A DNA stretch of 64,000 nt, taken from assembly GCA_977017575.1 (NCBI GenBank), contig CDRNVI010000032.1, positions 62,001-126,000 of the forward strand, given 5' to 3'. The notes below the pieces were generated by a model that was not told the origin of the DNA, did not search any database, and worked only from the letters and a program-made list of their open reading frames with translations. The DNA is from Paramoeba atlantica (lineage: Eukaryota > Protista > Discosea). Within the stretch, counting starts at the first letter, position 1, and each line of letters starts with the position of its first letter. The translations under genes and the position numbers were made by a program. Positions 42,332 to 52,789 of this stretch are shown piece after piece.

Positions 42332-43606
42332 TCAAGTGTAAGGATACGTTTCTTTCCAATGCTCCGAAATAGGTTGATCAATATACGGATTACGTACTTC
42401 TAGGGAATACAAATCCTTCATAGACTTTCCCATACGCTGCAAAACATCCGCCAGAGTGCGGCGTCCTGGGGTTGTGGAACCCTTGTAGTTAGGATTCAAT
42501 GTAAGCTGGGAGCGCTGTTCATCCCCTCGGAGTCCCAATTTGGGGTCGTGTAGTCGGGAAGGGTCCTGGCCAGCAAAAAAGTCGCGCCAATAAACGTCGT
42601 CATAATACCCCTTCTTCAAGTGATCCGGCAGACGGTTGTCCACCACACGATTTGGATGAAACAACATGGGTCGATCCTTTCCCTGAGGATGCTGCGCCAT
42701 CATTCCCTTCCGCCGACGCACTTCCTCAAGGTAGGGGTAGTAATTATGTAATAAACTACCAGGGACGCGACCTCGGGAGTGCGCGACTTCATTAATGCTA
42801 CGGTAGCGACGTATCGCCTCAAAAATACCTCGGACAATCAGTGGAGTGACGTTACCCTGCGTCCGGTGTGCTGTGAGTCCATATTTGACACCACCACGGT
42901 TAAACCCAAAGGCGCACAGGATATCAGCGTACAACGCGTGGCCACAAATTCGATTCGAGGGGTAAAGTAGGATACGTTTTCCCTCATAGTTGATGTTTAC
43001 TGGGTATCGTGGCCCCTCATCCTCGAGGTCTACTGCAATAACATTCTCAAAAGCGTTACGAACGGCCTCCGTCTTAGCCTCCCGCATGGAAGGGCCAATG
43101 CCATCACCAAATCCTGCCATTCCTTTTCCTGTGCCAACATACAGCGAGACATAACTCCAGTGTCGGGAATCAAAAGGTCCAAACTTTATCCGACGTGTGC
43201 CTATGTCGACCATGTTAAGATAGAAATTGCAAAGAAACCTGCCGCGGTGCTCGGCGGGCATCATTTCAGGTGTCCACCAGGTGTTGCTGCGCCACTGGTT
43301 GTACTCCGTGTTGAGACGATGACGCCAGGTAAAGCCCTCGGGGTAGACGTCAGGAACCACCTTGTATTCGTTGTGGAGATCAATATTACTGTCATAACCC
43401 TTCGGGCCATACGCGTCGGCCTGAGCAAACGCACTCTCCGCAGGCTGCCGCACGTCGCGGTAATAAATCGAAGTACCATTGTCCAGATCCACATAGGGGT
43501 TTTGCATCTTTTCAAAGTGCCGACGGGTAAGGCTTCCGGGTTTCATCCATGGGTAATAAATTCGAGGCAAACCTCCGCGCCAGGTGCCCAGAGTGGTGCG
43601 CGTCAT
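42332..43606 (-). CDS. uS5m: Mitochondrial ribosomal protein uS5m, kinetoplastid type
   Basis: S5 core VSLYVGTGKGMAGFGDGIG...EAKTEAVRNAFENVIAVDL embedded in long N- and C-terminal extensions. Confidence 0.8.
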   Translation of the reverse strand: MTRTTLGTWRGGLPRIYYPWMKPGSLTRRHFEKMQNPYVDLDNGTSIYYRDVRQPAESAFAQADAYGPKGYDSNIDLHNEYKVVPDVYPEGFTWRHRLNTEYNQWRSNTWWTPEMMPAEHRGRFLCNFYLNMVDIGTRRIKFGPFDSRHWSYVSLYVGTGKGMAGFGDGIGPSMREAKTEAVRNAFENVIAVDLEDEGPRYPVNINYEGKRILLYPSNRICGHALYADILCAFGFNRGGVKYGLTAHRTQGNVTPLIVRGIFEAIRRYRSINEVAHSRGRVPGSLLHNYYPYLEEVRRRKGMMAQHPQGKDRPMLFHPNRVVDNRLPDHLKKGYYDDVYWRDFFAGQDPSRLHDPKLGLRGDEQRSQLTLNPNYKGSTTPGRRTLADVLQRMGKSMKDLYSLEVRNPYIDQPISEHWKETYPYT

Positions 43607-44032
43607 AAATTAATGAAAAAAGTTAGTTTAAATCCTGTCTTAAAGACGTACAGCATGTTTTAAAGAAAGGAAATATGAGCTCAAAAACCATAATCCTTAA
43701 CGCTATTTTTTTAAAAGCCGTGTAACTAATGGGAAAATAGACCTAAAAAAAGTTGAAAAAAATATTTTTCATAAAATAAGATACTCCCATGGAGCACACA
43801 GGAGTGTCCTTTACGCAACTTTCTCTTCGTTTCTTCAAGGTTTTCAACTTGAAACACGAACCTAGAGCAAGTTCATGCTTTTAAATTCTCTTTCGAATTC
43901 GCCCCAAAATATCTTTTAAATTCGACCCAAAAATTCTTTTAAATTCGCCCCAAAATACAGAGTCTGTCTTTCATAGATAAAAAATACCATCAAAAATACC
44001 CCATTTCGACTATTACGGAACGGAATACGCAT

Positions 44033-44665
44033 TCAGTCCCGTTTCAGACGAATTTTCGTTCCTTCAATCCATATAGTTGATACCGTGGTAGGTATTTTAT
44101 TTCTATGTAGCACCCCACGCAGCTCAGAATTTCCAGATAGATCGAGACGTTGCAGCGCGAAAGGCAAACTGGTGAACTCCACTTCTCCGGAAAATAAATT
44201 GTCTTGTAGGAACACATCTACCAAAGTTTGGGGGAGACTGGCCAAATCCAGCTCTCCTGAGAACTTGTTCAATTCCAAACTCAATCCCGTAATTTTACTT
44301 GAAAGTGCACAAAAATCAACTTCTCCACAAAGGTGGTTACATTCGCCACTACGCTCACCAAGGTCTAGGGACAAAAGCGTCTCAGGGAGGTGTTGCCAAC
44401 GCGGAGTTCCCCGTAGTTGTTTACCACCCCAGTTCACCTCGGTTACCTCTTGTCGAGCATTGCAGTACACACCCGCCCACTCGCATGCTGGTCTTTGAGG
44501 TACCCAGGAGGAGTCCGCGTTAGAAATATTTTGGATGAAACACACAAGTTCATAGTCAGAAGGAAGAGCGACACCGCGTATTTTGCTGGGACGCAAATAG
44601 GAGGGAGTATCAGCAGCCGTGATTTCGGAAAGAATGCTCAGATACCCGAAGTACAAGCGCGCCAT
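44033..44665 (-). CDS. Short LRR protein (member 7 of 10)
   Basis: TAAD...LRPSKIRGVALPSDYEL and ACEWAGVYC cap. Confidence 0.9.
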   Translation of the reverse strand: MARLYFGYLSILSEITAADTPSYLRPSKIRGVALPSDYELVCFIQNISNADSSWVPQRPACEWAGVYCNARQEVTEVNWGGKQLRGTPRWQHLPETLLSLDLGERSGECNHLCGEVDFCALSSKITGLSLELNKFSGELDLASLPQTLVDVFLQDNLFSGEVEFTSLPFALQRLDLSGNSELRGVLHRNKIPTTVSTIWIEGTKIRLKRD

Positions 44666-44927
44666 TTAAGAAAATATTGCGGAAAGTGAATCAGCGACAA
44701 GGATGACGTTTTTTAGGAAACCGAAAAATATTGCAATAATTATGAATCATACTTTGTTAAGTCGTTAGAGAAACTTGACTTGTACATATCAATTAGAAGA
44801 CCCGATATACCAATTTTCTAAATGCTTTTTTGGACGTACACCAAGGCTTAGTGTTTAGAAAATAATCAATAAACGGAGCATGTTGACGACCTCCACGATT
44901 ATGTGGTATGGATGCCACGTTCAACCG

Positions 44928-46379
44928 TTAAGGCGAAGCCCTCCTTCCCGCTTTTCTCCCCTTTTTTGCACCCTCTGGGGCACACGACCCACCTCCCTGG
45001 CCCCGATTCAACCTCATATGTGCACTCAACAAGTCCCCTGTGGCCTGGGCCGCCAGCAACGAGACCTCCCCACACAACACCGCCCCACACACCACCCGCG
45101 CGAGCTTATCGGCATGCGCCCCGGGTCGTTCCTCACACGCCCCGGCACACCCCAGCAGTCGCAGCATCGCCTTCTGTGCCGGCAGCTCCGTCCCCCCACC
45201 CACGGTACCGACCTCCACACAAGGCATCGTCACCGAGACCCGAATCCCATCCCCCCCCTCCACCTGCATATCCGTCACACACTGCGCGCTCTCCACAACC
45301 TGCGCCACATCCTGTCCACACGCCACAAACATTGCCGCGACGACATTCGCCGCGTGCGCGTTAAACCCCCCCACCGACCCCGCCACCGCGGAGCCCAACA
45401 TCACCTTACAATGGTGCACCTCCATCAACGCCCCCGCGGTGGTCTTCAGCACCCTCCCCAGGGTCTGCCCCGACAGCACCCCCTCCGCGCACACCCCCCG
45501 CCCGCGGCCCCGTACCCAGTTCACCGCCGCGGGCTTCTTGTCCGCGCACGCGTTCCCGCTGAGGCTCACGAGCACGGCCTCGGGGAACGCGGCGCGTGTG
45601 ATGAACCCCACCGCGGCGGCGGCCCCCTGGGTGACCATATTCATCCCCATGGCGTCCCCGGTGGTCGCGGCGAACCGCAGGAACGCCTTGTTCCCGGCCA
45701 CCGTGACGTGGAGGGCCCGGAGCCGGGCGAACCGGGAGGGGGCGTCGAAGGCGGCTGCGATCTCGGCAAAGTGGTGCTGGCACCATTGCCGCAGCGCGGC
45801 GGCCCGGTCGAGGCTGGGGAGCGCGAGCACGGGGGCGCGGGTCATGCCGGGGTGGGTGAGACGGGTGGTGACGCCGGGGGGGTGGGCGGAGAGGGCGCGG
45901 GCGCCACGGGAGGTGGAGGCGACCAGGGCGCCCTCGGTGGTGGCGAGGGGGAGGTGGGGGGTGTAGTGGGTGTCGAGGGTGAGGGGGCCGGCGAGACCGA
46001 CGGGGAGGGGGACGAACCCGATGACGTTTTCGCAGTTGCGGCCGGAGACGGAGGGCCAGGGGTAGGGGTGGTAGGGGAGGGGGGCGAGGGGGGTGTCGGG
46101 GGGAGTGTCGGGGGTGGTAGAGGGGGTGGAAAGGGTAGATGGGGTGGCTTTTTTGGAGTTTGGTATTGGGCTACGTTTTTGGGAAGTGTTTTTCGGCCTC
46201 GCTGGCTTGGGTAGGAGAGACTCGATGTAAGTTCGACGCAAGTGAACAGCGCGCGTGTAGTCGGGATGTAGTTTGGCTTCGAGTTCGCGAGGTAAAATTT
46301 TTTGACACCGAAGTTGTTTTAGAATTTCTTTATCGGTGAGTTTCCTTTGTTCAAGACGACGTCGTAGGAAGCGAAACAT
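44928..46379 (-). CDS. HMGR: HMG-CoA reductase (class I, soluble, probable mitochondrial presequence)
   Basis: CENVIG, ATTEGALVAS, GDAMGMNM, SLSGNACADKK, NAHAAN and GEVSL...HMRLNR. Start MFRFLRRR at 46379. No membrane domain. Confidence 0.95.
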   Translation of the reverse strand: MFRFLRRRLEQRKLTDKEILKQLRCQKILPRELEAKLHPDYTRAVHLRRTYIESLLPKPARPKNTSQKRSPIPNSKKATPSTLSTPSTTPDTPPDTPLAPLPYHPYPWPSVSGRNCENVIGFVPLPVGLAGPLTLDTHYTPHLPLATTEGALVASTSRGARALSAHPPGVTTRLTHPGMTRAPVLALPSLDRAAALRQWCQHHFAEIAAAFDAPSRFARLRALHVTVAGNKAFLRFAATTGDAMGMNMVTQGAAAAVGFITRAAFPEAVLVSLSGNACADKKPAAVNWVRGRGRGVCAEGVLSGQTLGRVLKTTAGALMEVHHCKVMLGSAVAGSVGGFNAHAANVVAAMFVACGQDVAQVVESAQCVTDMQVEGGDGIRVSVTMPCVEVGTVGGGTELPAQKAMLRLLGCAGACEERPGAHADKLARVVCGAVLCGEVSLLAAQATGDLLSAHMRLNRGQGGGSCAPEGAKKGRKAGRRASP

Positions 46380-46991
46380 TGGCGAGCACAAAGAAACTAC
46401 GAGGAAACTAAAATCTAATTTGTTAAAGAAATATATTCCCAAGGTTTGTGTGCTATTCAAATGATACAAAACTTATAAGACTCGAGTACAAGCCTCGAGA
46501 CGTGCTCGTTTGAATAGTGAAGTGTCAAAAACACAAAAATAAACACAGTTTAAAGGCAAAACATAGTGGGTGATAAACTGTTGAAAGAAGTTGTTGTGAG
46601 CGGATTTACTCTATTGATTTTGAAATTTTACTAAATTTGCTAGCAGCTGTAGCAATATTCATAACGACAGCACTACAATATCCAGCGGCAAAAAGATTGA
46701 AAAAAAGAGCACCGATTGTATGAATACTATGCAAAGGGCGAGAAATTATATAAGTGCTTGTGTCTGTGCATACTTTCCCAGATACTATATGAAAAATACA
46801 TGAAACATTTTTAAGAAAAAAAACTATCCTTTTAGTATTTGAGTTTTGTTGAGCATAAAAAATGCTTTTCCGTTTTCTAAAATGGCATTCATCCCGTTAT
46901 AACATCAATTCGGCACGGTTTACGTTAAAGAAAAATTGGAATATACTCTGTTGATACTACTCTATCAAGTAAATAGAAAACTTCCAATACC

Positions 46992-47583
46992 TCACTCCAA
47001 AGATTCAGGCTCGATGGAGAACACATTTCGATTTAGCTGCATGACTTGACTTGTTTTGCTCCATTCCATGGTAGAAGTTGTGGTAGTGAATGCCATCCGG
47101 GGCTTTGGTACCGAACTAGAAACAAATCCTGCTGCTTCCGAGGAAGCTATTCTCCGATTCCCCGCTTCTCCTTCCACCTGCATCTCCGTTACATTCGCTG
47201 CGGAACGCGACACTTCCGTAGTAGAACCCACGTTAACTTCCTGCGACAACCCTTTCCGGTTTTCCACCTCCGACACCACCACCCCCGACACACCCTGCTC
47301 CATACTTCCCTCCCACCCCCTCTTCATCCCCTCCTTCCCACCTCCCACCCCTTCCTGTTGCACTGTACCCCCTACACCCCCACCCTCCCTCTCACCCCCT
47401 CCCCCTTCTCCCCATCCCATCCCTTTCCCCCCTACAGCTATCACGCCCCCCGTCGCACCCCCCATCCCCATCCCCCCACCTCTCCGTTGCGTCACCCCTT
47501 CCCTCCCACCACTCCCGGGGGCAAACCCCCCTGAGGGACTCGAGGCCATTCCCGGAGTAACTGCAGCGGCAGCAGCAGATGGC

Positions 47584-47615
<32 letters not shown>

Positions 47616-50600
47616 CTGTTGAAACGCTCCCCCCCTTGCTGTGTTCGGGAGCGTGGGCATCGGGGGAGGGGCGCCCAGGGGAAGCCCACGGGGGGGTAGG
47701 GGGGGAAGGCCCCATAGGGGAGGGGGGAAGGGGGGGAGTAGGGGGTGGGGCCCTGGCCGTGGGTGGGCAGCGGGGGGGAGGGGGAGAGGCTGGGGGAGGG
47801 TAGAGAGGGGAGGGTTGGGGCTGAGGGTGGTGTTGCTGGTGCTGGTGTTGCTGGGTAGTGAAGTGAGCGTAGGTGTGTTACTACTGCTCCCACGGGTATG
47901 ACTACGGGTAGTGGGGGGATGAGGCCGGTTGGGGTCATAGGGGGGTAGGGAGGGGAGGGTGGGGGTAGAGCCGCCGTGGGGGAAAGGAGGGTGGGGGGGC
48001 AGGGGGTAAGGGGGGGTGGGGGGTTGTCGGTTGTGGGGGTGAGACAGAGGTCGGGTTTCGCCAGTGCCGGTGGGGGTGGACAAGAGGGTATCGGGGGAGG
48101 GATGGGGGAGGGGGTGGCTGGGAAAGAACTGGGGGGCGTTGCGGTTCAGGGAGGAGAGGCTTTGTGAGGGGGGTGGATCGGACGAAGAGGAGAGGGGTGG
48201 AAGGGAGGGAGGTGTTATGGATTCTGGATATTTCGCTTGGTGGAGTGGCAAACCCGGGAGCGATGGCGTGGGGAGTGGCATATTCATGGATAGAGGAGGG
48301 GTGGGAGGTGGCGCCATGGGGGCCCGCTCTTTCTCTTTTTCTTCAAGTCTTCCAGATGGTGGAGTAGATATAGAGGACACATGCTGTGCCAAATGCGAGT
48401 GAAGGGGCAGTGTTAAAGACTGTGATTGTGTCGATGCTGTAGGGCCGGGGAACGTCTTCGGCAACTGCAACGAAGGCGACTGTGACAGGGAGAGAGGGGC
48501 AGCGCCTTGCAGTTGTGTAGGCCCAAATGATGTCCGTGCCCTGTCTCGGTGGGGTTGCAACACAGGAGGAGGATTGACGGAGGCATTTAGCGGCACCGGG
48601 GCCATAGTTGTAGGAAGTGCGGTGGTCGAGCTGACATTGGAAGACTGACCCCCTCGCGTGTTTCGCACGGCCGTGCGTAACTCCACCACAAGGCATTGCC
48701 GTGGCAAAGGTACTGCGGGGAACATCTTGTCGCGATCGGTGGAGACAAACTCACGCAGGGCGGTTTCCTGCGCTGTAGTTTTCGCCACCCATGCACCGTG
48801 GGCATCCATGAGAACTTTTTTGTGTAGCAACGCAATTGCCCGGGAGCGTTCCGATTCGGTACGGCAATAAACGTAGAAGAAAGCGCAGGGTTGTCGGCGC
48901 ATGACCTCCACATATACCAACTCAACGTTGCAAATACGTCGAAAGAGGTAGTGCAGTACCAGAGGTGTAGTGCGGTATGTACTTTGCCCGACAAATAAGC
49001 CATATAGACCTTCGGGTGTGCGATAGAGATTTACGCTGGGCGTCTCATAGAGCCATTCTGGGATAGGGAGGTAAAAGCAGTGCTGGATCAGGCTTCGAAA
49101 TTGAATGACATGATAGCTAACTGCACCGGACATCGGGCCACGTTGCCCAGAGGTGCCTTTAACACCTTCGTTGCGATAGCTCTCCAAATCGGGATTGACA
49201 ATCCATGTGCAGTGCGTCAAGGCGAGCTCCTCCTCCGGAACATTTTCCGTAGATTGTTGTTGCATTGATGAAATTTCAGTGACGGGAAGATAGTGGTCCT
49301 TTCGATGAGTAGCTGTGAGCTGTCCAACTTGCGGAGCATTCGGAGGGCCTGGTATCACGACGCTGCTTGCCTTGGGCGGGAGATTTCGTTGCTGAAATGG
49401 GAGGGTAGGAAACTCTTGCAATTGAGAAGATATCGTGGTGCGATCTATGGGAGGAATCTGATTCACCGGAAATGGAAAGGGCCCAGGGTCCGTCCCAAGG
49501 AGTGCAGGTAAGGGAATAGCTGGAACAATGGGACGCCGAGTAGAAAAAGTATTAGAATGCGTGACCTCTTTCAAAACGGGATTAGTCTTTTGAGTAGAAT
49601 TATTTTCCTGCGGAGGGGTTGCCCAGGAAGAGGAAAAATAACTTACCGGATGTATTGCCCTCTTTTCCGGATCTTCCGAAGTGTTTTGAAGGGAAAATGA
49701 TGGATTTACACGGGAATGGGTCATAGTGGGCAAGAGATTGATGGACGAATGCTCCACTGAGGATGCTGCACAATTCGTTTTACCCTCGGAATCTAGCAGT
49801 GGAGGTGTAAGGCTGTTGGTTGGAGCTGGTAACGTCTTTTTGGCTGATGCATAGTCTTGTGAGCTCAATGCCCATGTCGGTTGATTTTTGTTCTCTATCT
49901 GATCCAGATTATTCGTTTCTTCATTTAACTTTAAATTAGTACTATGTTGTTCCGATATGTCATTGACAACAAAAGAAGAGACATTGTCGACCTCGAAAGA
50001 TTTTGCCGTCCGTGTTAGAGTTTTTTGAAGAGCCTTTTCCACCCATTTATCTTCTTTAGTATTCTGGAATCCACAGCGTACCTCACTTCCTATCGGTTCC
50101 ATTTCTGAACTGTTTTGGTTCGTTACATCGACTGTATCTGGAGCAAATTCATACGCAGTCCATATACCCGTAGATATGTCCGAACCTGCATATGAAGATG
50201 CGGAATCCGCAGAGTCCAATATCTTATTGATAGGCGAAAAAGGAACCTGAATAGTTTCTTGATAGTTGTTCGGTGCGTTATATTCAAAATATGTTTTATC
50301 GGCTGCAGCTTTGATAGTGCTCGCGTCTCTGTTAACTGAAGGGAATTTCGCATTTATCTTCTCGTCAGATTCTGAAAAAGACCAGGCTGAAGCAAAGGAA
50401 GATAAAGGTTTGTCTTGAGAAGTCTCCTGAATGGAATGTAACGTAAAACTATTTTCAGAGGCTTCTCCCGTATATGGCGACGTGCTAGAAAAATTCAGAC
50501 CAAGCGCACCTAGCATATCCAAATAGGAATTGTCTTCCAGGGTGGTGTCCTTATTAGACTCTGGTGAATGGGGCGAATTTTCAGACTGTGAATTTGTATT

Positions 50601-50741
50601 CGGTTCCTCTCTTAGAAAATTGGTTTTAAAATTCGAGGCCTGACAAAAGTCTTCAGGTGTACCTAATGTATTTGGGGAAGTAGAGTTTTTCAATGATCCC
50701 AACTCTGAGGTAGAGGATTCATCGATTTGTTTTGGTATCAT
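46992..50741 (-). CDS. Large low-complexity protein with a divergent RRM-like domain
   Basis: LFVGQSTY...LFRRIC.V.....V...PCAFFYVY...LHKKVLMDAHGAWVA...LREFV...PRQCLVVE resembles a kinetoplastid RRM-like fold. It is followed by Pro-rich, polyQ and Gly-rich tracts. Confidence 0.65.
47583..47621. repeat. CTG/TTG microsatellite encoding Q13
   Basis: (ctg)3(ttg)3(ctg)6ttg on the + strand. Confidence 0.95.
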
Positions 50742-51283
50742 CGCTCTTATTTACGGTTATGATGCAAGTGGGTGAATTGTCGGTGTCCTGTGAAGCAAGA
50801 TGTGAGGGGCTCCGTTTAAGACTCCAAGCAAGATTAATGGAGCTATAGGACTTAGAAATACAATGTGGACCTCGAGCGAATATAATATACAGTAAGTACA
50901 GCGCCTTACTCGATTAAAAGATAATGATAAAGAGTGAACAGATAAGTTTGCTATATAAACAAATATTGCAATAAGCAATGCGAAACAACCTTCTTAGGAA
51001 TAGCAAAAAAAGAATGGAATTGGGGGACTGAATACCGAATTCTGTTGAATGTTAGTACTATTTTGAAATGTGCGATTTGATATTAAACTTAACTTTAAAA
51101 AATTAAAGGTCTCAATGGACTTGAAAATCTAAAAAGATAATTGGAAAATTTAAAGGGTGCACGTTATTAATTTAAATAATTTATGAAAATTAGATACACG
51201 AAAATATCTGCACGAACACCTTCTAAAATATAGGATGAGGTCAAAAATGTAGGATGAGGTACTCCTTCACAACAATGTACTCT

Positions 51284-51676
51284 TTACTGCAACCTATCTG
51301 GTAAATACCCCGTCTTTTCATCATTCCAATCTACTTCCTCTGGTGGGAGCTTATCTCCGTACATCGCAGTCATTGGTACGTAATAATAGATCAGCCAACC
51401 CAAGAAAAGAAAAAAAGGAGTACAAAAGTACCCTTCCTTGCCAAGGGCTGTAAATCGATTCATCTGCCAGAAAGGATCGACGAATCGTAGAGGAGTGAAA
51501 AGCCCAGTGTACGGTACACAAAATAGACCCGTGCACTCAGAACCCCGTGGAGCTTGTTCCGGGTCGTACGAACCCCACTCCTTTCCGTGTAGAAAGTATG
51601 GTATCGGAGGTGGGCGTCCATAACGAAAACGGGTCTGGCGGAAAGGTCTTAGACTGTGTTTACTCAGTCGTAACAT
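51284..51676 (-). CDS. Small probable mitochondrial single-pass membrane protein
   Basis: Arg-rich MLRLSKHSLRPFRQTRF presequence-like start and one hydrophobic segment (FFLFLGWLIYYYV). Confidence 0.65.
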   Translation of the reverse strand: MLRLSKHSLRPFRQTRFRYGRPPPIPYFLHGKEWGSYDPEQAPRGSECTGLFCVPYTGLFTPLRFVDPFWQMNRFTALGKEGYFCTPFFLFLGWLIYYYVPMTAMYGDKLPPEEVDWNDEKTGYLPDRLQ

Positions 51677-51973
51677 GTATCAGAGGCAAGAATTGAAATA
51701 TCGTTATCTTTGTAAAAAAGTTTGTTGCAAGATAAATAGCGCTTTTTTAACGACTAAATGTGGCTCTAAATGTACTATTGTTGACAGAAAGAATACATCC
51801 TCCTGAAGTGGACTGAAAATGGACGAATGAAAGTGATGGAAGTCCATCCATTACGAACTTCAATCTAAACTATAAAATAAGAAAAAAAACATAAAAATAA
51901 TTCAAACAATAAAACGGCCAAGTATCTTACTCAACTATCTTACTCACAACTATCTTACTCAGGATGACTATGT

Positions 51974-52627
51974 TCATGCTAACACAAATGCCGGCAAAGG
52001 ATCGGGTTTAAAGGATGAGATCTGATTCCCCGTGACGTTAATACAGATCAGTGAATCAGGTAGCAAAGAAAAATCGGCTGCACCAGTAAATTGATTACGC
52101 GATAGATTCATTTCAACAATTAGAGGAGGAAGACACGATACATTTAGCACACCTTCGAAGCGATTACCCACTATCCATAAGCTCTGTAGAGTAACAGGCA
52201 GTGTCGTGAAATCTACTACACCCGATAAAGCGTTATAACTGAGATCCAAATGCTCCAAATTGAAGGGTAGCTTCTCCGAAGGAAATTCTCCTGTCATAAG
52301 ATTATCCGAGATAAAAAATACCTGTAGAGAAACCCAACGTGTATCGGTCTCAAGGACTCCGTTAAAAAAGTTACTGCTTGCATCGAAAGTCAGAATCGTA
52401 CTCGGAATATACAACCATGTAAGTAGGCCCCGTAGCATTCTCTTCGTCCAGTCAATTTCCACTATGGAATCCTGCGAATCACAAGTTATGCCCGACCATT
52501 GACATCCTGGCGTGTGCGTTGTCCAGGTGCTATGACGGTTCTTAACGTGTTGTGTCAATCGTGCTAGGTCGAACTCCACAGGCAATGGTACGCAGTGAAC
52601 TTTGGAAGGACGCAATGGGGTGTCCAT
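51974..52627 (-). CDS. Short LRR protein (member 8 of 10), lacking the hydrophobic leader
   Basis: MDTPLRPSKVHCVPLPVEFDL and GCQWSGITC cap. An in-frame stop lies just upstream. Confidence 0.88.
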   Translation of the reverse strand: MDTPLRPSKVHCVPLPVEFDLARLTQHVKNRHSTWTTHTPGCQWSGITCDSQDSIVEIDWTKRMLRGLLTWLYIPSTILTFDASSNFFNGVLETDTRWVSLQVFFISDNLMTGEFPSEKLPFNLEHLDLSYNALSGVVDFTTLPVTLQSLWIVGNRFEGVLNVSCLPPLIVEMNLSRNQFTGAADFSLLPDSLICINVTGNQISSFKPDPLPAFVLA

Positions 52628-52789
52628 CACAAAAAATATGTTTTAAGCAAAAAATTCAGATAAATCGGAAATTTAGAAAACATTGCTTGTGATAGAAGCA
52701 ATGTGTGGTCGGAATAAGTTAGCAGCGAGTAAAAAGTTAGAATACGTCGCACTTAAGTGTCCAGTAAAAGATATAGTGCGTATTACTAT

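Noticed and set aside
38550-46145. GC-rich segments as bacterial HGT, contamination or chimeric assembly
   Set aside because: Reading frames and eukaryote-type protein motifs continue seamlessly across island edges, and the symmetric C-then-G skew is not a feature of foreign inserts.
24846-46379. MVD + HMGR as a biosynthetic gene cluster
   Set aside because: They are about 19 kb apart with unrelated genes between, and kinetoplastid polycistrons are not functionally clustered.
1640-47540. CCCCGGGG-like palindromes at island centres as a specific binding motif
   Set aside because: They are expected trivially where C-runs meet G-runs. No longer shared consensus was evident by eye, and motif discovery on many islands would be needed.
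7535-48402. Many long + strand and alternative-frame ORFs (e.g. 7535-8461, 39175-39990, 44880-46214, 45040-45966)
   Set aside because: They all overlap the GC islands, where stop codons are depleted. They are shadow frames of well-supported minus-strand genes and have low-complexity translations.
12177-51960. Short intergenic tandem repeats (18-mer at 12177, about 22-mer at 43890-43955, 15-mer at 51925)
   Set aside because: Two to three copies of AT-rich units with no shared motif, consistent with ordinary slippage.
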